This document shows, piece by piece, positions 1 through 9,649 of a DNA stretch of 64,000 bases (the stretch's first letter is position 1; every line of letters starts with the position of its first letter). The DNA is from Bugula neritina (taxonomy: Eukaryota > Animalia > Bryozoa), in contig OZ037773.1 in the NCBI GenBank assembly GCA_964035545.1, positions 2,447,751-2,511,750 of the forward strand. Direction: 5' to 3'. Position numbers and translations under genes: made by a program. The notes beneath the pieces were generated by a model. It did not search any database. It was given only the letters and a program-made list of their open reading frames with translations, and was not told where the DNA came from.

Positions 1-181
1 GCGATTGTGCTTGCAATTTAATTAGAAGAAATGTTCTTTTGAATTCAAAGCAGTTCAATTAAAAGCTCTCACTAATAAGTCGAGTGTCAAAAATAAACAA
101 AAAATCATTCAAAAAGGTGGATGTATTGGATTGCTGTTGAAACCTCTTGCTAAGATCTTGATGGGTAGACTTTTAAGTTGA
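1..181 (+). pseudogene. Polinton QKGG/pX-like ORF, copy A (3' part, with internal deletion)
   Basis: Near-identical to 5284-5489 but lacks ~27 bp (the ...TTTAGGCTGCATTATAAACAAAT... segment). Ends ...IIQKGGCIGLLLKPLAKILMGRLLS*. Confidence 0.85.
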
Positions 182-184
182 CAT

Positions 185-776
185 CATAAAAAAGTATTAC
201 TTAATTGATCCATCAAAATATGAAATGCTTAAACCAGCTGCTAGTGCTGGAAATGAAAAGCGACAAAATAATTCTGATATGTCTGCGCATCCAAATATTA
301 AAAATGTAAAAGATATAGATCAAAAAATGGAAGAAACACTAAATAAATCAGATTTGACAGACTTTGAAGAGGTTGAAAAATACAATGCACTACTAGAGAA
401 ATATATCAGAAACTTTGGGAATGCTCTCGAAACCTCAAAACCTGAAACAATCCTTTGCGAAGCTGCTTCAAAAACTATAGATTTAAATAATACCACAGAA
501 AACAAAAACAAAAATCAGTTTCAATCTTTTGAAGAATCACTTGACAGTATTCCTATATCATACCGTCAAAAAGCTCGTAAATTGGTGGATTTCTTGAAAA
601 ACAACAACTCATTTTCTGTTAATCAAGATAACGAACTGCTTTACAAAAATCAAGTATTAAGAGGTTCAAATGTTAATCAATTAATTAATGATGCAGTACG
701 AAACAAAAAAATAGAAATAGAAAACCTTGATGATGCGTTTTTAAAGCTGTGGGCAAGATGCTTGCAAGGGCATTGA
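185..776 (+). pseudogene. Conserved uncharacterised Polinton ORF downstream of the QKGG gene, copy A (open 225-776, 3' end fused to pPolB sequence)
   Basis: Motifs KKVLL/IDP, DQKMEETLNKSDLTDFEEVEKYNALLEKY, IPISYRQKARKLVDFLK and NELLYKNQVLRGSNVNQLINDAVR resemble a recurrent ORF of animal Polintons. The 5' end is frameshifted and lacks a clear ATG. Confidence 0.7.
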
Positions 777-1038
777 AGAGTGCTGCTATAGAGTGTGGCG
801 AAAGTTTCACCCTGGGTGACAAAACATTAATCCAACTGGCTAATTCACAGTTACAAGGTCGAGAAAGCAAGTATTGCTCTGAATTCAAAAACCTATTTTT
901 GTTTTGGAGATGAGGGTAACAAACTTAGTACAAAAAGAATAATGAAACGATGTAATGACATAAAAAAGAATTTTTAAATGTGCTAAATAACAAATCTAGG
1001 GTGCATGGAACAAATAGGGGAATTATGAGGCGCAACAA

Positions 1039-4000
1039 CACAGAGAGAAATATTAGTGCAGCGCTTGCACTAAAGTTGTTCAAAGAGCCTTTTATTGTCA
1101 GTATAGCCTGCACCACACCTCTAATAGTTGTTAGACCTGCACTTATTTTGATGAAATTGAAAATTAATCCGGTTAGTGTAAGCTGAAAAATATTTTGTAG
1201 TAGCCCTGAAACCACTTAGTTGTTAAGTCAATGCTACTTTTCACAAGTATTACGTAATCATCATCCCTAGGTCTGAATGAAGCTAAACAGTAGTTGATAG
1301 GAGCAGAAAGTGAGATCAATGCTACAACTACATATGTTCAAGCAAAATTTTATTTACATAAGAATTATGGAACAATCGGCAGTTGTTCACCTAACAACAT
1401 TATTCGTTCACATGTGCACTAATGATGATCACAAACCTTTATAGGAAGCTAGGATAGAGTTGAACCCTACATTTTGGTCATTTCAATTGGTGCTTCCCAG
1501 TTAGATGCTATTTATACATTTTACGTGCAATTTATTTGAATACTATTGAAATATATGTGTATTTAAATAAATTTGAGTCAATTGTTTTTTATAATTGGCA
1601 CACAAATAAATTTCTTTGCTCTGCATAAACCTATTAATTTTGCATTTTCTATATTTTTTGTTTTTTGAAAAAATGTTATTATTAATGCATTTAATGCTTT
1701 TTTTCAACACAAATTTGGAAAAATTGAAATATTATTGCAAATATATCATATTATTGGTTATTTTATGTTTAGCAATTAATGTGAAAGTTATATAAGGGTT
1801 TATAGGTATATAATACTTAGTACCAAAACAAAAAATAAAACCTAACTGGAGAGCATATAAGTGGAATGAAACTCCTTCAACCTACTAGCTGTTTATGATT
1901 TCGAAATTTTTTTGAACCCAAGACATTTTCAAACAGCTTGTTACCAGACTACTATTAAACATTGCCCCACTCCGTTTATCAAAGACTTAAGTTGAATTTA
2001 TCAACAAAAAATTTCAACTGCCCATATCTCTTGCATGGGTAGTTTAGGCTTCACTAGTCAATTTCATTCATGGAAAGGAAAGCCAACTAATTTAAAATGT
2101 GTGTAAAAGAGAAATCAGGGAGATGCACCATTAAACTCGAATGTACTCAGTTATCAGCAAATGTGTTTCAAACAAGAAGCCTAAAATTAACAATGAAACA
2201 AGCTACTGAATAGTCAATTGTGGATCAGGTGAACCACTTCAAAAGCCTTGTGTAAACTTGTGTAAACTACCTGGTGGAACAAAAGAAGATGTTGCATAAC
2301 AGAGCTATAGTAAGGAAATATTTAAATTGTAATTCAAAGGCAAGAAACTGGCTTACCAAGCATTGAAAGAGCAAAACAAAGGTTATTACATAACAGCACA
2401 TAGTTTTTATTCACGGCTATTGACAGAAGAAATATTCTGCCGGCATAGTGAACACCAGAGGCTCAGACTAAGAGGTTGTGCATTGATATTCAGTGAGTTT
2501 GTGCTTCCAAACAACCTCACAACATGGAAAACATTGAATCATTTCATCACATGGGTAAAGATTGCAGCTACCTCTCATAGATAAAAGATGATCACTTTCT
2601 TTCAGAGTTAGGAACTGAAGTTGTCATTGCAGCAAAAGGTAAGCTCAATCATTTGCTTAACAATGTCATTTGATATCACAATGACAGTATGACTATTGCT
2701 GGAGACAGATAATTGAATTTGTGCAACTATAACTTTTAAAAGATCACATTGACTGATATTTCCTAAACTCTTCTATTCCTATATCAATTTGATACGAGTT
2801 TTCCTGTAGCAATCTATTTTCAAAAAATTTAGCGCTTTATTTACACTTCACCTTCTAGCAATTTGCGCTAAATTCATTAAATTGAATTCTCCCCCCCCCC
2901 CCCCATTGTAGAAGTATTGTTAATAATGCAGTTTAGCAGCCTACAAGTAGTTATTAGCCTTAAGCAGCTGCTAAGCTAGCTTCTTGTTTTATACCTAAGT
3001 ACCAAAATGCCAATATTAGTGGTGAGTTGGCAAAGTTGGCAAATTTTTTTATTAACTTCCGTGCTACCAATTTATTCTTTTATTTATCTTTGCACAGCAC
3101 AATCAAATATAAAAACATGTTTAAGTAGCAATATTTTTCTTGGTAGTACTGTATTTTTTTTCAATTTATAGACATACTGAAACTTATCAGTATCTGTTAT
3201 CTAGATATGAGGGGTCCATATAAAATGCTGACTCTAGCTTAAATTGTGGTTCACTGACATTTTGAGATAATTTTAATGCAGAGAAGCTTCTATTAACTAA
3301 ACGAATTATGCCCAACAGCTCTTGCATTTGTAATTAGGAAAGAAGTAAAATAAAATGATGGCCAAAATTGTTACTAAATTTTGATAAGCTCAAACTAACC
3401 CAAACACTACGCAACATAATGATCATAAGTTTGCCAAAGCCTGTATGGTTATTCAGAGTCAAACGATTGGTACGATGGTGCTGAAAATATGCTGAAAGAT
3501 TCATAGCTAACATCATTAATACTATTAGCTTTGGCCTTAGACTTCAGCTTCTTCAAAGTTGAACTGAATTTATTTACGCTGCTTGTGATTGTATATCTTA
3601 ACCAAATGTTTACTGTTCATACTAATACAGTTTAAATATTACCCAACTTTTATCTTTTGTTGTAGATCCCATAACATTTTTTAAGAACATGCACTCAAAG
3701 ATGCTGAATAGGAGCACAAAAAAGAATTTGATCGCCACAGAACTTTGAATCATGCTGAGACCTTCAGCCTGCAAGCAGACGCACTCATCACTACCTCACA
3801 AGCTTCACTGGGTGCTCTCGACACTACACCTTACCCACTTTTCAAGAACTCAGCTGCCCTTTTTATACTACTTCTTCAGGCTTCCCTGACCACTCAACTC
3901 CTCTCGGAGTACTACCACACTTTACTGACTGCTGGAATTAGTTATAAAACTTCCCCCTTCCCCCCCCCCCTCCTGTACTTGGGTTACTATCACAGACCTC

Positions 4001-4800
4001 GGACTTGCACACAGGTGTGCTAACCATTACACACCACAACTGCTTGGTTATCGCTACACTACATAGCAAGAACGTAATGACACACACTATATGGTCTTAG
4101 CAGGTTCTGCTAATATTGAGAAAAGTTAACTGAATTTACAGTCGTAGAAAAATTCTGCAAATGTTTATTTTCATATTTTTTTTCTTATTTTAATCTTTAG
4201 AAGTTATTTTTTGTTGCATTTCTTATATTCAACTATCATATACAATAAAATCCACATTACTATACTCTCATACTGGTTAGAAGTTATGACAAGTTAGTTC
4301 AGAGTGATCAGTAATAATTTTTGCAGAAGCTTATTTCCAACAAAAATTAGAGCAGCATGGAACATTTATAAGTTCAGCTTTGAATATAACTTAGTTCAAC
4401 ATTGAGCATATCTAAGATTATCATTGAACAGAAATAAGATCATCATTACACATATATAATATCCCTATTGAGCATAAATAAGATCACCATTGAAAATATA
4501 TAAGCTCACCATTGAATATATATAATATCACTATTGAGCATAAATAAGATCACCATTGAACATATATAAGCTCACCATTGAACATATATAAGATCACCAT
4601 TGAACATAACTTGGCTCATTGTGATAAATACAAAGATTCAACTTCACAACTCTTTATATCAACATTGATCTAACATACTATTCACTGTGAACAGTACCTG
4701 ACACTAATTTCTATTCACTGCTGGTCAATTTAGGAGCCAAAAAACGAGCTGTTTTAGTTGTCAGCTAATGTTCACTCTAACACTAATATTTCTCTCTGTG
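1039..4800. mobile_element. 3,762-bp TIR DNA transposon, probably CMC (animal CACTA/EnSpm-like), decayed or non-autonomous
   Basis: Perfect 20-bp TIRs: CACAGAGAGAAATATTAGTG (1039-1058) and CACTAATATTTCTCTCTGTG (4781-4800). Empty sites in sibling copies (GCGCAACAACAAAGTC at ~6337-6352 and ~6770-6785) imply a 2-bp AA duplication. Subterminal tandem repeats are present; there is no intact transposase ORF. Confidence 0.85.
4395..4612. repeat. Subterminal tandem array (~22-bp unit CACCATTGAACATATATAAGAT/CT) inside the CAC transposon
   Basis: About ten degenerate copies are read directly from the sequence, ~170 bp from the right TIR. Confidence 0.85.
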
Positions 4801-5168
4801 AACAAAGTCATGACTTATAATCAAACTAGGGCTGGTCCTAATTTTTTCTATGCTAAGCAAAAAGTAACTAGTAATGGAGTTACTACTTTCCCACTCGATA
4901 TGTAGATATTATGCTGTTATCCCAAACATTGTGTATTTACTTTGATGTATAACAATGAATCGTATATTATTATTTTTTATTTTTAATCATTTTTTTTGCT
5001 CTTACAGTTATGGTGTTTTTACAAATGTATGGGTGTTGGTTGTGTATGACTTACTAAAAATAACCTACAATATAAAACTTCATACTTGGTCTTTTAGATT
5101 AAAAATATATATTATAATTGCACACTTCATTCCTTTGTCATAGACAGTTTAGTATCCAATTTTTCACA

Positions 5169-5489
5169 ATGTCTCTGCGCTTTAAAAGAAACTTTTCAAA
5201 ATTACAAAAGCTTCATAGGGCATCACCTCAAAACAAGAAAACCTTGCTTAAATCTGCTAATGGTGATTTAATTGGTGCACTTTGTGATTGTGCTTGCAAT
5301 ATAATTAGAGAAAATGTTCCTTTGAATTCAAAGCAGTTCAATAATTTTAGGCTGCATTATAAACAAATAAAAGCTCTCACTAATAAGTCAAGTGTCAAAA
5401 ATAAACAAAAAATCATTCAAAAAGGTGGATGTATTGGATTGCTGTTGAAACCTCTTGCTAAGATCTTGATGGGTAGACTTTTAAGTTGA
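5169..5489 (+). CDS. Intact 106-aa basic Polinton/adintovirus protein with C-terminal QKGG motif and amphipathic tail (adenovirus pX-like), copy B
   Basis: MSLRFKRNFSKLQKLHRASPQNKKTLLKSANGDLIGALCDCACNIIRENVPLNSKQ...KIIQKGG|CIGLLLKPLAKILMGRLLS. Fits the Polinton pattern DLIxxLCECAxNILxGNVPL...QKGGFLxxLL. ATG at 5169. Confidence 0.8.
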   Translation: MSLRFKRNFSKLQKLHRASPQNKKTLLKSANGDLIGALCDCACNIIRENVPLNSKQFNNFRLHYKQIKALTNKSSVKNKQKIIQKGGCIGLLLKPLAKILMGRLLS

Positions 5490-5492
5490 CAT

Positions 5493-6083
5493 CATAAAAA
5501 AGTATTACTTAATTGATGCATCAAAATATGAAATGCTTAAACAGCTGCTAGTGCTGAAAATGAAAAGCGACAAAATAATTCTGATATGTCTGCGCATCCA
5601 AATATTAAAAATGTAAAAGATATAGATCAAAAAATGGAAGAAACACTAAATAAATCAGATTTGACAGACTTTGAAAAGGTTGAAAAATACAATGCACTAC
5701 TAGAGAAATATATCAGAAACTTTGGGAATGCTCTTGAAACCTCAAAACCTGAAACAATCCTTTGTGAACCTGCTTCAAAAACTATAGATTTAAATAATAC
5801 CACAGAAAACAAAAGCAATAATCAGTTTCAATCTTTTGAAGAATCACTTGACAGTATTCCTATATCATACCGTTAAAAAGCTCGTAAATTGGTGGATTTC
5901 TTGAAAAACAACAACTCATTTTCTGTTAAACAAGATAACGAACTGCTTTACAAAAATCAAGTATTAAGAGGTTCAAATGTTAATCAATTAATTAATGATG
6001 CAGTACGAAACAAAAAAATAGAAATAGAAAACCTTGATGATGAATTTTTAAAGCTGTGGGCAAGATGCTTGCAAGGGCATTGA
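5493..6083 (+). pseudogene. Conserved uncharacterised Polinton ORF, copy B (disrupted)
   Basis: Near-identical to 185-776, but with a 1-bp deletion near 5541 and a CAA>TAA nonsense change at 5874-5876. Confidence 0.75.
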
Positions 6084-6448
6084 AGAGTGCTGCTATAGAG
6101 TGTGGCGAAAGTTTTACTCTGGGTGACAATACATTAACCTAACTGGCTAATTCACAGTTACAAGGTCGAGAAAGCAATTATTGCTCTGAATTCAAAAACC
6201 TATTTTTGTTTTGGAGATGAGGGTAACAAACTTAGTACAAAAAAAATAATGAAACGATGTAATGACATAAAAAAGAATTTTTAAATGTGCTAAATAACAA
6301 ATCTAGAATGCATGGAACAAATAGGGGAATTATGAGGCGCAACAACAAAGTCATGACTTATAATCAAACTAGGGCTGGTCCTAATTTTTTCTATGCTAAG
6401 CAAAAAGTAACTAGTAATGGAGTTACTACTTTCCCACTCGATATGTAG
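6068..6448 (+). pseudogene. pPolB C-terminal fragment, copy B (no transposon insertion)
   Basis: Same ALNSKTY...GTNRGIMRRNNKVMTYNQTRAG...FPLDM* sequence, contiguous across the site where copy A carries the insertion. Confidence 0.8.
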
Positions 6449-6514
6449 ATATTATGCTGTTATCCCAAACATTGTGTATTTACTTTGATGTATAACAATG
6501 AATCGTATATTATT

Positions 6515-7135
6515 ATTGAAGAGTGCTGCTATAGAGTGTGGCGAAAGTTTTACTCTGGGTGACAATACATTAACCTAACTGGCTTCACAGTTACAAGGTC
6601 GAGAAAGCAATTATTGCTCTGAATTCAAAAACCTATTTTTGTTTTGGAGATGAGGGTAACAAACTTAGTACAAAAAGAATAATGAAACGATGAAATGACA
6701 TAAAAAAGAATTTTTAAATGTGCTAAATAACAAATCTAGAATGCATGGAACAAATAGTGGAATTATGAGGCGCAACAACAAAGTCATGACTTATAATCAA
6801 ACTAGGGCTGGTCCTAATTTTTTCTACGCTAAGCAAAAAGTAACTAGTAATGGAGTTACTACTTTCCCACTCGATATGTAGATATTATGCTGTTATCCCA
6901 AACATTGTGTATTTACTTTGATGTATAAAAATGAATCGTATATTATTATTTTTTATCTTTAATCATTTTTTTGCTCTTACAATTATGGTGTTTTTACAAA
7001 TGTATGGGTGTTGGTTGTGTATGACTTACTAAAAATAAGCTACAATATAAAACTTCGTACTTGGTCTTTTAGATTAAAAATATATATTATAATTGCACAC
7101 TTCATTCCTTTGTCATAGACAGTTTAGTATCCAAA
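6515..7135 (+). repeat. Third tandem copy of the pPolB tail (stop at 6881) plus intergenic spacer
   Basis: Restarts at ATTGAAGAGTGCTGC via an ATT microhomology and duplicates 6079-6515 plus the spacer seen at 4905-5158. A fourth, ~60-bp copy of the pPolB end follows at ~7133-7196. Confidence 0.9.
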
Positions 7136-7196
7136 AGTAAAAAGTAACTAGTAATGGAGTTACTACTTTCCCACTCGATATGTAGATATTATGCTG

Positions 7197-7640
7197 CAAA
7201 ACAAACAAGAAGCAAAGATTGTTATTGTTGGATTAGCTAGTCACACAGCAAAAAACAGCTCATACCTCTACTCTCCATTCAAATTTGAAAATTATGATGT
7301 GTCCTCAGTAAACCTAACTGTAAATAGTCATAATGTACTAAACACTCCTTTGCAACTTAATTTTGGGAAAGATATCTATGTGCGTATCATAACCTCATGT
7401 CAGTATGTGATAAGAGCTTCATGAATGAGGGCAACAATATATCTGTGGAAGAGTTTAGAGAAAGTGTCTGCTTATTTGCTTTTGATAATACTCCTGATCA
7501 GTGTCATGGTGAAAGAATTTACTTGATTCTAACGTTTCGTAAGCCAACTGAAGAAACAATTAGCGTATTAGTGTACACAGAAACAGATGATCTGATTGAG
7601 ATTGATTAAGACTTGAGTAGCAACAAAAGCTTCAACATCA
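7197..7640 (+). pseudogene. Polinton major capsid protein (double jelly-roll, PY/hexon-like) C-terminal fragment
   Basis: KIVIVGLASHTAKNSSYLYSPFKFENYDV...TPLQLNF...(frameshift)...EGNNISVEEFRESVCLFAFDNTPD...LTFRKPTEETISVLVYTETDDLIEID*. Matches Polinton MCP motifs NPFxF, GNxI, LFAFDLTPD and LVYAEFDNLIEID. Confidence 0.88.
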
Positions 7641-8115
7641 TGAACACTTTTTAACTGTTGGAAGTTTTGAGCAAAGACCTATTTTTGACAAAATTATTTC
7701 AATATGTTCTCCCATTAGACAAATTTATGCAGACCAAGTTTCCTTTCTCTTCATCAATTATATTCAACTATGATACTTCAGAAAAGTCAGGAAGCCACTG
7801 GGTGGCAGTGTTTATATCTGAAAAAGGAAAAATAAAATATTTTGATTCATCTGGCATTAAGCCTATTACAAAAGAACTATTGTCTAAAATTTGCTCTCTA
7901 TTAAACTTATGCCTCGTTTCAATTTAATCAGATTTCAAAGCAAATCTTTTGCTTGTGGACAATACTGTTTAATATTTTTGATGCTTCGAGCTAGAGGATT
8001 TTCTTTTATTCAGAATTTGTTGTTAGAATGCTCTACACCACATGAGAAAGATCACATATTAAACATGTTTATTAATAAATTGAAGGGGTTTAACCTAGAT
8101 GCTCACAAAATGTAA
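7640..8115 (+). pseudogene. Adenain-type cysteine maturation protease of Polinton
   Basis: MNTF*LLEVL...IIFNYDTSEKSGSHWVAVFISEKGKIKYFDSSG...(frameshift ~7900)...RFQSKSFACGQYCLIFL. Catalytic His (7796-7798), Asp (7844-7846), oxyanion Gln (7936-7938) and Cys (7954-7956) are retained. One premature stop and one frameshift. Confidence 0.92.
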
Positions 8116-9649
8116 TTAAAGCACCACATATTGCATGCATGAAATTTTTTTGTAAAATTTTCTTAATAAATATTTTTAACCTTACAGTATATACTACTAT
8201 TGATTGAACCAAATTTATCGTCTAGCACAGTAATCATTCAAGCGTAAAGAAAAAAATTAATATATAATTAATTACCCCAGCCGCGAGTAAAATGATATCT
8301 CGGTGCGAGTAATGGGGAATATAACACAAGGATGGGGGTCCCAAATCCTCCACATATACTACTCTTAACAACGGTTTTGTCAAGTTTACGTCCAGCATAT
8401 GAAAGAGAAAGCAAGGGTACAACACTGTCCAAGTACACCATATTGTTCACACAGGTTATTTGAAGGGACTTGGGAGAAGCTAAAACCACAATATGATAGA
8501 TAGAACTCACTTTTCCTACATATCTACATATGTGTGCAGCAGCTTATTGTTGACGATGAGTAGGAACTTATATGCTATACACTCTATAAAGCGAAAGGCA
8601 GCATGACTAATCAATCCATCTGGCTTAATCAACATATTTATAGCTGGTACAGTATGGGTAACGAGGGGGGGGCACAACGGTCATAGGGGTACAAAAAGCC
8701 GGCCAAATTGTGAGAGAACTTATTGACTTAGAATTATAATTCTTTTTAATAAAAAGATATTGACATAATTATTCAGCCTTTGCAGTTACAACACTTGCGA
8801 AACATACGTGTTGAAAAGGCGAGTAAAAAATTGTTTTTACCTACTTTTGGTAAATTTTTAGAATGTCGTTAAAACTTTATAACTTTTTATACTCAAAGGC
8901 AAGAAGCCTATATTTTACTAATATTGTTGCCATTGTTTGTCTCTACATTGCTTAACTAGTATAACAGCAAACACTGAAATAAATTTTCTTTGAGGCACAT
9001 TTATTTTCAATTTGGCCACACAGGGCACAATGGGCCACTTATTGCACCCTGATCACTGTTATTAGTTTTTTTCCCCAAAAAGCTGGTTGAAATGTTACTA
9101 AAATTTATAAATATAGCCATTTCTGACATTTCTGTAAAATATCAAAGACATCACGGTAAGACTACAAAACTACAAGTTGAAGCTTCCCTAATATATACAT
9201 CTGATGAGGTTAAAGCTTTGCCATTTTATACATAATACAAAACACTCTGCTGTTGCTACTAGTAGATAGTCATGATAATCATTATATATTACACCACTGA
9301 GGGAATATACATGTATTTGACTGAAATAAATTGTGATTTGCTCATTTGCTCCCCCCTCTCCCTTCCGTACTCCAGTCACAAACCTGATCAGCCATGCATG
9401 CATCTTAGCTACAGTTCATAGAAAAAAGTTCACTCGAAATGTTGTAGTAAATGTTACTAAAGTTATTTTTTAGTAAAAGTTCCTCTGAAGTGAAAATAAC
9501 AGAATATTTTTAGTTCTAAACAGTAATGATAATGGCACTGCAGAACTAAGAGACGTGCGTTTGATTTTGCCTTCCTCTGCTATCCGTAGTTGCACAAACT
9601 GTACAACTAAAACATGAATTTTATATATAATATACCAAACGACAAGCTC

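Larger units (their letters stand above)
760..4905 (+). pseudogene. Protein-primed family-B DNA polymerase (pPolB) C-terminal fragment, copy A, split by the transposon at 1039-4800
   Basis: 760-1038 reads YKVEKASIALNSKTYFCFGDEGNKLSTKRIMKR../LNVLNNKSRVHGTNRGIMRRN. 4801-4905 continues KVMTYNQTRAGPNFFYAKQKVTSNGVTTFPLDM*. This fits the Polinton pPolB tail pattern ALxSKTY...KxSxKG...GxNRG...TYxQxRxGxxxFYxKRxVxxDGVxTxPLD. Confidence 0.8.
1..8198 (+). mobile_element. Decayed, rearranged Polinton/Maverick (adintovirus-like) endogenous element, extending beyond the left edge of the window
   Basis: Co-oriented, intronless remnants of the pPolB C-terminus, a QKGG/pX-like ORF, a conserved downstream Polinton ORF, the double-jelly-roll MCP C-terminus and an adenain-type protease. 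A possible ACTACT terminus lies at 8193-8198; that boundary is uncertain. Confidence 0.9.

Noticed and set aside
7658-8115. Host SENP/Ulp1 SUMO protease gene
   Set aside because: Intronless, short, directly downstream of a capsid gene, and carrying the GSHWVA/YFDSSG/CGQYC spacing of Polinton adenain-type proteases.
8650-9058. Possible MITE with inverted GGCCAAATTG / CAATTTGGCC and CAGT...ACTG ends
   Set aside because: Inverted similarity is too patchy and there is no convincing TSD.
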